A DNA stretch of 64,000 nucleotides from the human T2T-CHM13v2.0 reference genome, Homo sapiens: NCBI RefSeq assembly GCF_009914755.1, contig NC_060934.1, one strand, 5' to 3'. The notes beneath the pieces are model-generated. The model did no database searches. It saw only the letters and a list, made by a program, of their open reading frames with translations, and was not told the origin of the DNA. The position numbers and the translations under genes were made by a program. Positions 41,976-53,960 of this stretch are shown here, in pieces; within the stretch, counting starts at the first letter, position 1, and every line of letters begins with the position of its first letter.

Positions 41976-43594
41976 GCAGCAAATAAACAGATAAGTATAC
42001 AAAAATAATAATCATCATCACAGCCATGTCTGTATGCCTAGGCCATGAGTGAGTACTCATTAATTATGTTAAATTAATGCCTTCCTCTTCTTCCTCTTCA
42101 TTCTCTCCTCTACAGTGCCTCTGAACCAAGGCCAGCCACTTATGTCTCCAGTTGCTGAGGATGGAATAAGAGCTGTCAGATTTCCCTAGTCAAGGGCCCC
42201 ATGAGCCATGACCAGGGTTGGAATGGGCAGTCCGGGATGAGATCATCCAGTTTACAAATGAGTATGCAGAGACAGCCAGACCTGGTTAGCATCCGCAAAA
42301 TAACTTGCTTATTTCCTCTTTCCCATTCTTCTTCCGCTATCACCCAGCCGTCTGGTGCAAACGACCCATTTAAACACCTCAGAAGTGATGATAAGAAGCA
42401 AGATAATAAGGTAGCCAGCCCCCAGTTCCCCAGGCAGCAATCACGGTGTGTAGGATAGAGTGCAGGGGCCTCTCTGTCGCTCTCATCTGTCACACATCAA
42501 GTGAGAAAAGATCTATTTTTTCCCTAGGCAGCATGCCTACAACTTCAATTGGCCTAAAATAAGCTTGGCTAAATTTTCTTGTGAGACGCTCTAAATGGTA
42601 CACAGTGATCCATGCAAAGTCACTGCGAGGAGCCTCACCATGACGTGGATGGTGCCGGGGCTCCATAAGATGAGCAGATCTGAGCCAGGTGAGGGCTCCC
42701 CCCAAAAGTTAGTTTCCCTTGTTCTGAGCCCCACCTCTCTGGCTGGCTGCAACCCAGACTTGCTTCTGTCCACAACTCTGCTTCCCAGCAGCCTCACAGT
42801 TAGCCGGCTGGGCAGAGCCTCTCCTCCCTGCCCCTAGTGGTTTCCTGCCCCATCACTCACTTCTGGTCCAGCATGCAAGGGTCTGCCTGCCCCTAGCCCA
42901 GGGAAACAGTGGGTGGGTATCCCCACCCCTATCTGCCAAGAAAACACCCAAACAGGGAAAACATCCACAGAGTAGATAAGATGAGGCCAGTCATCCTAGG
43001 ATGTCATCTGGGCCCCAGGAGTCTTTATACCAGGCTAATTCCAGGAAAGCTAGCCTGAGGAGTTTGCAGTGTCAGTCCCAATGTTAGTCTCCCAACCACA
43101 CACATGGTTTGAAACTGCTTTAAACAGGAATCATGTGATAAGAGAGGCTCAAAATGCAGCAACATGTCCCCATGTGGCCAGAATAGTTTGCGAGAAAGCA
43201 GCCCTGATGGAGAAGTCAGTCCACAGAGGCTGGACTCAAATCCTGGCCCCCTCTCACCAGCTCTGTGACCCGGACACATGGCTTCCCCTGGCTGAGCTGC
43301 AGACCACGAATAGTAACAGTACCAAGTCTTCCTTTTGGGAGCACTAGGTAATATAATGCATGTAAATGTAGTGGTTATGGTGGTTTGCTCGTTTCTGAAG
43401 CATTGTCCTGCTATCAAAACTATGCAGCTCAAGTGCAGAGACCAGGCCTTGAATACGAGTGATTCCAACAAGAGTAACTTGACTCACTTGACTCCTCACT
43501 TCCTAGTGATCACAAGCAGCCTTATTAGAATTGGCTTCCCCCTTGTAGCTTTCCTACGATAGTAGTCACAATCAAGGGGTTCCACCAATTGGGA

Positions 43595-43800
43595 GCACAT
43601 TCTATGTACCACGTGCTTTCCAAATGCTGTCCTTTCTACCCCAACCACAACCCCAGAACAGGAGCCATTATCTCCTCGGTTTACAAATAAGAAAACAGAC
43701 TCAGAGAGGGTGGATGTTTCCTTCAGGTGTCATACATATAGTAAGTGGCAGGGCTGAACTTTGAACCTGGAGCAGAACCTGATATCTGTGCCCTGCACTG
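43595..43800 (-). mobile_element. MIR SINE
   Basis: ttttacaaataagaaaacagactcagagaggg...gtaagtggcagggctgaactttgaacc. Confidence 0.8.
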
Positions 43801-44879
43801 TGTATACAAGCGGATATCATGCAGCTCAGCCAGTGTGAGACTTCAGCCTGGACAGTGGGGCTTCTCCCTGTGAATAGATAATCAACCCAGTTTTGGGACC
43901 TGGAATAATGCCTCTGGCCCAATCACTCCCCTAGAACTCCAGTAAAATTGAATTTTGAGCCTGCAAAATTGAAAAACACACCTCTGTTCTGAGGAACCTG
44001 CCTCTAAGCTCTGTGCCTCAGGGTATAGTCCTTCTGTGCCCTGGGGCAGGGGAGCAGCCACTTTCCAAGGCCACACCACCCTCTGGCTTGTTCCTACAGC
44101 AAGACCTTCACTGGCACTGCCCTCAAGGCCCAAGGGGGTGTTGCTAACATGCACAACACAAACCCATCCAATCCCAGAGTTTTGATGATAATTCGCTCCA
44201 ACTAACATATGTGCAACATCTATATTATTGCATAATTTATATACGTTTCACACTATTTGTTTGGGATATAAGCGCCACACCACAAACTATTTGCATATAG
44301 ATGGAGAGTTATAAACATATGCTTGTATTTGATGAGTAATATCTGAAACACACACGCATACATATTGCTCTTACAAGCGCAGAAATGCTTGCTTTCTGCC
44401 ACAACTTCAAGTGCACAGTGATCCTTTAACAGTTTGTTAATTTTCAAAATTTACAATACTGAATTGTCCATTTCTGAACATATAAATGATTTTCAACTGC
44501 TTGATGAGCTGTGGCTGTCAAGTTTCAGAGGAACGGAGGATGAGGGTTTCAAGCAGCTTTACTTCAGAGAAGCTAGGACTCAGGCTCGCTTTTGTTGAAA
44601 TCTCCACTGGTGCTGGCTGTCAAAGAGAAAGCCATTCCTTCGATACAGTTTGCCATCTACAACCAAGTCAACTATGTCAGTGACAAAAACCTAATATGTA
44701 CTTAACAAACACACACTCAGCTTCTACTCTTTGCCAGACACTGTACTCAGCATAGGGGACCCAGAACTGAACCTAACTGGTGAGAAGCAACCCAGACCTA
44801 CCCTGGAGCCAGCACATAGTAAATGCTCAATAAACAACAGTGGCTATGCTGGATGACCAGAGACTGGTGCTTATGGTGG

Positions 44880-45085
44880 CAGGTCCAGCCCTCATGTGGA
44901 GACGTGTGGGGTGTGAATCCCAGTTCAGCACATGCTGGCCTGGGACTGGAGAAAATGCATGACATGCTCTCAGCCTCTGTTCCTGGCCTGTAAAGTAGGA
45001 GAGCACCACTCTCACAGCTGCGTGGAGACAAAGAAACAACCTGTCTAAAGCATGCTGGGCTAAGTCTGGCTCACAGTGGGGCCAT
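44880..45085 (+). mobile_element. MIR SINE
   Basis: gtgtgaatcccagttcagc...ctctcagcctctgttcctggcctgtaaagtagga. Confidence 0.6.
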
Positions 45086-45170
45086 GGGAGGCAGGACAAA
45101 GAGCTCCACTCAGAAGGAGCAGCCTGTCTTGAGGGTCTCCTGGAGTAAAATCCCAGACTTCTCTATCTGA

Positions 45171-45634
45171 TTATTTTCTAATTGTGGGAAAATATACATG
45201 ACATAAAATCCACAATTTTAATCATTTAAAGTATAAGATGCCACAGCATTTAATACATCAACTGTGTCTAGTTCTGGAATATTTTTATCACCCCCAAAGG
45301 ACAATCTTATATCCATTAGCAGTCACTCTCCATTTTTCTTTCTCCGCAGCCCCTGCAACCACTCATTGCTCTCTGTCTCCATGGATTTGCCTGTTCTGGA
45401 CATTTCATATTAATGCAGTCATGGGATAGTAGTCCTTTTTTGCCTGGTTTCTTTCACTTAGAATAATGTGTTCAAGTTTTATCCAAGCTGTAACATGTGT
45501 CAGAACTGCATTCCTTCTCACGGCTAAATACTATTTCATTGTATGGATATGCCACATTCTATTTATCCATTGAGCAGTTGACAAATATTTGAATTGCTTC
45601 CATTTTTTGGCTGTTGTGAACAGTGCTGCTATGA
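45171..45634 (-). mobile_element. L1MB 3' end fragment
   Basis: ccattagcagtcactctcc...tctgtctccatggatttgcctgttctggacatttcatat...ggctgttgtgaacagtgctgctatgaa. Confidence 0.88.
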
Positions 45635-45999
45635 AACCCTTATCTGATTTTAGTGGCTGAGACAGCTTTAGTTCCAGTTTTTCAGGTGTTATATTCCTGA
45701 ACTCAGATCATCATATCCTGCTTAGGGAGTCTGCAGCTGCTTCTCCCAAGGTCCATTTGAGACCAAGTTTCCTTCAGGAAAAGCCACAGCTGACGGCTTC
45801 CAGTCACATACATTGTTTGCCTTTGTTTTGCCTACACATCAGACATCTTGTTTCCTCAGCTCAGGTTTCCTAATTGATTTATTGGCATAAAATCAACACT
45901 CACATTATCACAACAGTCATTACAGAAACTGCTCATCATTAACCTGTACCTATTACCATCATGAATTTCTCATTGGCTGTATATAGACAAGAGAATAAA

Positions 46000-46215
46000 C
46001 ATTGATGAACACTGGGTTTGTACCAGGCTGTGTGCTGGCTCCTTTATGTACATCATCTGACTAATCCTTCTAACCACTCCTGGAGGTAAGAGTTAATACC
46101 CCGTGATGTATGGATGAGAAAATTCGGCTCAAAGATGTGAGGGGACTCTTCTCAAATTACACATCTCACAAGACGCTGAGATGCCATTCACCCACCAGGT
46201 GTGTGTGGCTCTAAA
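46000..46215 (-). mobile_element. MIR SINE
   Basis: taatccttctaaccactcctggaggta...gatgagaaaattcggctcaaagatgtga. Confidence 0.65.
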
Positions 46216-47427
46216 GCTGCCTCCTGCATCTCCACCCAATACTTCCTTGACAAATAATTATGAGCAAGGAGCCACCCTAGCCTGCTCCCACTGCATATGT
46301 GTGCTGCCCCACCAAACTGTGCACTACAGCAGCTGTGCAAGTAATCAAAGCTTCCATCTTTGTATGCTGTTTGGGGGCAACTCTACCCCTTTCATTCTGG
46401 GAAGGTTATGGAATTTTATATACTCATCAAGGCTATGGAATTAAGGTCCCAGGCCATGGGATTAGAAGCCAGGGTCACTGGTATGGACCGATTTACTGTC
46501 TGACTTCAGGTGAGTCAGTCCACCGAAGTGAACTGGCCCTGGTCTTCCTACAACAAAACAGGTATCTGTTATCTGCCCTGGAATGCTCTAGAAATGATGA
46601 GAACTATCTTTAGATATTGGAATCTTTAAATATTCATGTGCAGATTCACATGGAATAGCTGGGCTCAAACCTAGAGAAGGGGGGAGCATGTGATGCTCAG
46701 TCTTTACCAGAGATGACTTGCTCAGGACAGCCAGGGCTCCCCTCAGCATACCTCTTAGCCAGTGCCCAGGGCACTGGAGTATCCACCCTTCTCTCTGAAA
46801 AGCCACCTGGTAGGAGGGACTCTGGGAAAGGGCCATTTTCATCTCAAATGACAGGTTTGTAACTAAATAAAAATTGTGTCATCATGAGCAAAATATTTAT
46901 ACTTAAAAAAAAAGTCCCAGCTCTTCTAGTAGACTTCCAAATTGTAAAATCTAAAGGTAAGAAATGTCCCATGAATTCTGAAGGATGGGAGGCAAGAAAG
47001 CTGATTGCTTTATGCTCCCCACTTAGCCCTTACAGCAACCCTTCTGATGCCAGTCCCCAGATCCCTTCTCCTCCCTTAAGCATCCCTCTAATGCTATACT
47101 ATGGCTATCCACAGTGTCTGTGTGCTGGTGAGTCCCCAGGTGTACCTGCAGCTCCAGCCTCTCCTCTCATCTCCAGCATAGTAGATCCAGCTGCCTCCTT
47201 CAAGCTTCTAATTGGATTTCTCAAATTTAACATTTCCAAAAACACACTGGTTTCCACTTCCCCCCAAAACCCACTCCTCTGTCCTCCTTGTCATTGTAGC
47301 AAATGGTCTCACCATTCTTATAACTCAGGCCAAAAGTGATGGCACTGTCCTTGACTCTTCTCTGAAGACTCACATCCAAGCTCTAAGAAGATTCTGTCAA
47401 TCTGCCTTCAAAATACATCCAAAATCT

Positions 47428-48769
47428 AGGAGAGGATCACCCAACTCACAGGTATTTGAGAATATGAACCCATGTCTGAGCTCACCTTTAAGAGGTCTTA
47501 TCTGAGATTCCTTGTGGAACAGAGTTCCATCAAAGCCAATCCAAAAGGCCTAATAATCATTCTTGTACTTTATGCAAATAATCACGCCAAGTATAAGACT
47601 AAAGTTTATTCTATGAACAACATGTCCCATCATAATTTGTTTTTACCAAAAATGAGGACTGGAGAGAGAAATTATACTCCAAAGCTTATCATACATTTGT
47701 CATTAAATCCTAGTCACATTAATTATTTTTAAGCTTTTTGCCTATATTTAGACTAACCTTGCTTATTCTTGTGAATCTAGTGGTGATCTTCTGAAGCTTG
47801 AAAAAAACAAAAAGGGATGGGTAACATAGAAATCTGGATCAATATGCTAGTTCTGGGCAATTAACCTGCAAATTCTGCCAGGTAATGAAAGTGAGTAGGG
47901 TGTCCATAACCCAGAGGTTTCTTTGTTTGGGAAAATAAAACCAAGGAACTTCATAGACCCCCAGAGGGAAATTCTATATCTTGGCAAGTAAAATTTTAGA
48001 GGGAAATAATCTACTATGTTACCCTTGCAGGAATTGCTATACTTACTCTACTATTTGCAGTAGAGCTATACATGGTAGCACCTTCTAACTGAAATATTGG
48101 ACAGAGAATTTCCATTGCTGTAGAATTTTGCTTAATTCTTCTCTTTAAAGAAGGGATAATAGTTACCAACAAAAAGGAAGCATGAAAGTTTTACTATCAC
48201 TGAGTCTACTAGAACTTCTTTTTGGTTTTGGTAGTATATCACACCCTGGCTATGTAAAGAAGGTTATAAAGGAAAGAGATTTTATATAAGAAAGGATCTT
48301 GTATGGTAAATGCTTTTCCTAAAGAGAACGGTTGGTTTAAAACAAGGATATTTAGGACAAGACAGAAGGTTTAAGCATGTCTTAGATGGTCTGTGGAAGT
48401 CACGAAGGGATTAATAATTGCAGGAAAGATTCCCCAAAGGTTAACAATAAAGTTTCTCTAACTACCCAAATCCAATACCATTTATCCTAAAAGGAATGTT
48501 ACTTGTATATTAACGTTTCAGCTACATCTGGTGGAGGCAAAACAGTGTTACTACCCATCAGAATGGTTGACAGCAATCAAACTCCAAATGGTGCTGCAGA
48601 TAGAACCATGCATGGGCATGCCTTCTTCCAGGGACCCTTAGATCAACCCCAGGAGGAGCCCTAGCTGCTATTCTGCACATGATGCCCCTTTTCAGCAGTA
48701 AGTAGCCAGAAAGAGTCATCATCCAACACTCCCTAACAGCAGTTAGGGTTACCACTCCAGAGTGGGGAA
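47428..48769 (+). mobile_element. MER61/MER4-group ERV1 internal 3' region, ending in the polypurine tract
   Basis: ggtcttatctgagattccttgtggaacagagttccatcaaagccaat...; PPT agagtggggaa immediately before the LTR TG. Confidence 0.8.
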
Positions 48770-49243
48770 TGATATAGGAGTTAAGAAGAAATCATTTAGG
48801 CAGATAGTAAGGGTATGGGAGTCCTCAGTAAGGCTTTCCTTTTGAATGAAAGGCAGCTCCAAATCATTTTCTAACAAAGAGCAGCCTGTAAAGTCAGGCT
48901 GCAGACATAGACAAGCAAGCTGGGAGCTTGCACAGGTGAATGCCAGCAGGAACTAAGGACTAGACATGTTCAAGATGGTGGCTCCATCTTCCTTCTCTTT
49001 GCCAGCCACGTGTACAGTAAGGAGCAAACAAGATGGTGCCTTCTGCGTGCACTATGTAAACATCATACCTGATCAAACCAATCTGTGAGCCCTATGTAAA
49101 TCAGACACTGCCTCCTCAAACCCGCCTATAAAATCTGGCACATTTGCCACCAGCTGGTCCTTTCCGCTTGGAGACCTTCGTTTCCACAGAGAGAGCTGTT
49201 TCTCTTTCTCTTTTCTTCTGCCTATTAAACCTCCACTCCTAAA
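48770..49243 (+). mobile_element. MER61-family LTR (U3-R only, U5 absent)
   Basis: tgatataggagttaagaagaaatcatttaggcagatag...gactagacatgttcaagatgg; CCAAT ~49079, TATA cctataaaa ~49126, ATTAAA 49224-49229; ends 14 nt later. Confidence 0.85.
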
Positions 49244-49260
49244 TGGAAAAAAAATCCAAA

Positions 49261-49659
49261 ATATAAAGAAAATATGGTACATATACACTAGGTAATACCG
49301 TGCAGCCATACAAAAGCACAAAATCATATCCTTTGCAGCAACATGGATGCAGCTGGAGGCCATTATTCTAAGCAAACTGATGCAAAAACAGAAAACCAAA
49401 TATGGCATGTTCTCACTTGCAAGGGGGAACTAAATGTTGAGTACACATGGAAATAAAGATGGGAACAATAAACACTGTGGACTTCAAAAGGGGGGGCAGG
49501 AGGAGGGTCAAGGGTTGAAAAACTACCTATGGGGTACTATGTTCACTACTTAGGTGACAGGATCATTAGACGCCCAAACCTCAACATGATGAAATATACC
49601 CACATAACAAAGCTGCACATGTACCCTTTGAATCTAAAATAACAAAAATAACAAAAAAG
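49261..49659 (+). mobile_element. L1PA15-17/L1PB-type 3' end with A-rich tail
   Basis: gcagcaacatggatgcagctggaggccattattctaag...gggttgaaaaactacctat...gcacatgtaccctttgaatctaaaataa. Confidence 0.88.
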
Positions 49660-50274
49660 CAAAATGCATCCAGAACCTGACCACTGTTTAGGTTTTCCAC
49701 CTCTGCCCCCCCTCATCAAAGCCCCTACCACCTCTTGCCTGGGTTGCTTCCACAGTGTTCTCAAAGGCCTCCTTCCTTTCCCTTCTCCCACCATGGTCTG
49801 TTCTTCACAGCAGCTCTGCTCAAAACTCTCTAACAGCTTCCATCTTAAAGTACATTTCTTTGTACTTTTGTAATTTCTTTACAAAGTCCCACAAAGCCCT
49901 ACCTGACCTGTTGCTGAGGTGTTTCTTGCATATGGCAAATACACCCCTGCTCAGAGTCTTTGCACTGGCTGTTCCCTCTGCCTAAATGTTCTTCCCCTAC
50001 GTCCCATTGGTTCACTCTGTCACCACCTTCAGGCCTCTCAAATGCCCCCATGTCAGAGGGGCCTTCTCTCCCCTCCCCACCTTTCTGTAATATGACCCTC
50101 ACCCCATCTTTTCCCCTTACTCATCTTCACCATATTTATATCTATGTGGTTATCTGGTTGTTACCTGTCCCACTTCACTGCAATGTAGGCTCCATGACAA
50201 AGGGGGCTTAGTCTGGCTTGTGGCCATCTCTCTCTGAATGGCATGTAATAGGTGCTCATTAAATATCTGTGAGA

Positions 50275-50927
50275 GGGAGGGAGGTGGGGGGGCAGCCCCC
50301 GCCCGGCAGCCACCCTGTCCTGGAGGTGGGGGGCGCCTCTGCCCGGCCACCCCGTCTGGGAGGTGGGTGGCCCCTCTGCCCAGCTGCCACCCCATCTGGG
50401 AGGTGTACCCAGCAGCTCATTGAGAACGGGCCATGATGACGATGGCAGTTTTGTCGAGTGTAAGGGGGGGAAGTGTGGGGAAAGGAAAGAGAAATCAGAT
50501 TGTTGCTGTATCTGTGTAGAAAGAAGTAGACATGGGAGACTCCATTTTGTTCTGTACTAAGAAAAATTCTTCTGCCTTGGGATGCTGTTAATCTATAACC
50601 TTACCCCCAACCCCTTGCTCTCTGAAACATGTGCTGTGTCCATTCAGGGTTAAATGGATTAAGGGCGGTGCAAGATGTGCTTTGTTAAACAGATGCTTCA
50701 AGGCAGCATGCTCCTTAAGAGTCATCACCACTCCCTAATCTCAAATACCCAGGGACACAAACACTGCGGAAGGCCGCAGGGTCCTCTGCCTAGGAAAACC
50801 AGAGACCCTTGTTCACATGTTTATCTGCTGACCTTCCCTCCACTATTGCCCTATGACCCTGCCAAATCCCCCTCTCCGAGAAACACCCAAGAATGATCAA
50901 TAAATACTTAAAAAAAAAAAAAAAAAA
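50275..50927 (+). mobile_element. 5'-truncated SVA (older A-C type): partial VNTR, SINE-R and poly(A)
   Basis: VNTR gggaggtggggggcagcccccgcccggc; SINE-R cagctcattgagaacgggccatgatgac...acacccaagaatgatcaataaatac; older-type gttaatctataacc; A18 at 50910-50927. Confidence 0.96.
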
Positions 50928-51064
50928 GAGTACCTCCTTGATACCAGCTAATACCCATTCAGTATTCAAATTTCCCTGATTATCTCAAAAATGTCATTTC
51001 TATCAGGTTTTTAAAGAATAAATCAGGATCCAATTTAAAAAATAAATATAAATAAATAAATAAA
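50928..51064 (+). other. SVA 3' transduced segment (L1MC4/5-like antisense sequence) with second poly(A) signal and tail
   Basis: Lies between the SVA A-tract and the right TSD; AATAAA 51017-51022; A/(TAAA)n tail 51037-51064; 24-bp direct repeat at 50260-50283 and 51065-51088. Confidence 0.9.
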
Positions 51065-52444
51065 TAAATATCTGTGAGAGGGAGGGAGAAGAAATTTTGC
51101 AAACATGAAAATTCAAGCCCAGAAACTTAAGCTTTCCAAGATTCAAACAGCTAGAAGACAGAGAAGCTGGAATAGAAGCCTGGCCCACCCAGCTTTGTGG
51201 CCTTTGCTCTTTCTTCAGTAACGAATTGCCTCTTTGGGCCACATTCTTTGCAAAAATTGAAATCACTGTCCTGAGTCAAGCAGAAGAGCTGGAGACAGAT
51301 GTAATTTCCAAGAAAAATGTGAAAAGTAAATGTTATGGTAACAAATTGCCCATGATCTAATTATCATCATCAAACATTTCTATTAAGAGCCCATGAGCAC
51401 TTGCTGCCCGGCTTGGTACGCTCCTCAGAGGGAGAGAGGAGCTAGAACAGCTGGTCATGGAAGCCCATGAGGATGAATGATGCTTCAGTCTCTGGGTCAT
51501 CCAAGGGGTGGGAAGAAAACAAGAGTTGGAGAAGGCTGGGAATTAGGTGTAGATGAGATAAGAAGTGGACTTCACTTTCAAAAATACAATCAAACTCTGC
51601 AGGGAGACCACCTGAAGCCCTTGCAGGGGGGCAGCAGTCTTGCCTGCAGAAGTGTGGACTATAAGACAGCCCCAAGGAACATCCAGACAGAAAGGAACCT
51701 CTGTGTCCTCCCCATAGTCCCAGGAAGATGGGCCACCCGGAGCCCTCTCAGTTGGCCACTGGGCCTCCAGGCTGGACAGGGCTCCAGGCCAGCAAGAATG
51801 TCAGCTCTCTCTCCCATCACACCCACAGAACCAGTGGCTCACTAGGGGTCCTAACAAGATGGAAATGGTAACCACTCCTACCACAGCAACAAGTGCCCAA
51901 TTCCCACCAACCAGCTCCAGTGTTAAACATGCTGGCTGCATTCCCCCTGAGTTAAGGAAAAAGAAGGATGCCAATCAGAGGGTGTCACCCTGTGTCACCT
52001 CATCCCCATTGACCCTGGGGCTGCCCCTATGGAAACTGAGGATTCTGTGTCTACACTTGGATTCATTGAAAAAAGTCTTCAGGGGACAATGTTATTCAAA
52101 TTTACAACTTCAGAATTATAAATTAGCTTATTTTAAGTAAACTTACCCTTCAGAGTAATCAAATGGAAAGCCTACAGCTCCCGCTATGTTGTTAATATTC
52201 GATTTTTTTAATGAGGTACTTATAGATGTGCTAACGTAGCTAATGGCATCGAGGTAACAGATGTCCTTGTGAGTTGCCCAGAAAAAGGGAGAAATTTAAT
52301 GCTGAATTGAGAGTGTTAAATTCCATGTGTGTGTGTGAGTATGTGTGTGCAGAATATCAAATATATAAATATTTTTAAACAAGATCTGTATTTCATTTTC
52401 AAAAGTAACCAAAGAAGGCAAATGGAGGGAAAGACACCAAAATT

Positions 52445-52670
52445 TACCCACCAGCTGCTAATGGCAGGCATTCTGTCAGGCCCTGCACAGAGATCACCTC
52501 ACTGAATCTTTCCAGAAGCCTGGTGGGTTTAGCTGTCTCCATTTTAGAGGGGAGGAAAATGAAGGCTCCAAGCAGTTGCCCATAGTCACTCAGATTGTAA
52601 GTGATAGAGCAAGAATTCAAATCCATTTCTGACTAGTTCCAAAGCAAACATTCTTTCCGCAATACCACAC
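52445..52670 (-). mobile_element. MIR SINE
   Basis: tctccattttagaggggaggaaaatgaaggctc...ttgcccatagtcactcag...gaattcaaatcc. Confidence 0.75.
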
Positions 52671-52884
52671 TGCTTCCCGGGAACCAGTTGAGGCTTTGCT
52701 TCCTGGTAAGGGGCCTTCCCTGGGCTCCCCTGGCATCTAGGATGTCCCCTGTAATCATTTTATCATGTGATTACAATTACAATGATCTGTTTCCTCTTTG
52801 GCCTGCCTCATTGGCGTGTGAGAGTTTCTGAAAATAAGGGCCTTGTCTATCTTTTCCTCAGATTGTGCCTGGATGAACAGATGT

Positions 52885-53065
52885 ATGATGGATGGATGGA
52901 CCTACTGATGAATGGATGCAATGAATGGACAGATCAATGGGTTGGTGGATGGATGGATGAATGGATAGATCAATGGATTGGTGGATGGATGGATGGATGG
53001 ATGGATGGATGGATGGATGGATGGATGGATAGATGGTTGGATGGATGGATGGTGGGTGGATGGAT
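52885..53065. repeat. (TGGA)n simple repeat, probably an expanded L2 tail (L2 at ~52700-52880)
   Basis: Pure ggatggatggat tract at ~52983-53030 with degenerate flanks. Confidence 0.92.
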
Positions 53066-53699
53066 AAGTATACAGGTACATGGAATCACTGGGGACTTAC
53101 TAAATCTAGGATCTAGGCTCCAGGGAGCACAGTCATTTGGAAAGGAGGTTTTTGGGACTGGGCTGTCTTTGGGACAAGATCTCTCTCCCTGGTCAGTGTC
53201 TATAACCACCCTCTCACTAGCGGCCTTGATTTTACCTAATCAGTTCTAATAGGCCTGTTATCCCTTCATCATAGCTGGGGCTGAGACTTTACCTAACAGT
53301 TCAGGGGTGGATTTCTCTGGAAAGGGAAGCTCCATGCTAACAGATGTTATTCTTATTCGTAGAGCTTTCTAATCTCTTCCTTAGTCGTGCTGAATTATTT
53401 GACTCAATATCCTGAAGGATTGAGTTCCAAAGGTTGATTAATAATATGTTGCCAAAAAAGGGTGTCTATTTTAAATTTGCAGCCTTTTAATTTCATCAAG
53501 TGCCCTCTTGACTATGAAAGCATGGATGGTAGAGAGTGTGCTGTGCAAGATCCAGCTCCAGACATGTGCTCACAGGTCCCAACAGAGGAGGCACTGGCCA
53601 CACAAGCACCATCCACTGTGTCCAGAGTCAAAGCAGGCTGGCAGCACAGAGCAGGTCTATGAAGGGTTCCCAGAGTCCCCTCTCAATGCAGGACTTTTT

Positions 53700-53960
53700 G
53701 TACATTGAATAAATATTTTATTGGTGACCACTGGTGCCAGGCCCTGGGCTAGGCACTAGGTGTGCTTTGGTGAACAAAACAGCATAGTCCAGGAGGGAGA
53801 CAGATAATGAGCATTAAAGTAAATAAATAAATATGTTTATAATATAACATAATATGGAACATAAATCTATAAATAATAATAAATAGATATAAGGTGAGAT
53901 ACACAGGCCCAGTGAAAATAGCAGGTGCTTTAAGAGAATAAAATAGGGGTGGTAAAATAT
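53700..53960 (-). mobile_element. L2 3' end with AT-rich insertion
   Basis: aataaatattttattggtgaccactggtgccaggccctgggctaggcactagg...gtgaacaaaacag. Confidence 0.7.

Larger units (their letters stand above)
47150..50274 (+). mobile_element. L2 element split by the ERV-L1 chimera (47428-49659) and ending at the SVA insertion site
   Basis: ctcaaatttaacatttccaaaa...tctgccttcaaaatacatcc, resuming ccagaacctgaccact...tttgcactggctgttccctctgcct...gtgctcattaaatatctg. Confidence 0.8.

Noticed and set aside
50275-50400. CpG island or promoter
   Set aside because: The GC-rich stretch is the SVA VNTR remnant and is too short.
52767-53249. 160-aa Trp/Asp/Gly/Met-rich ORF
   Set aside because: Translation of the (TGGA)n microsatellite and L2 tail.
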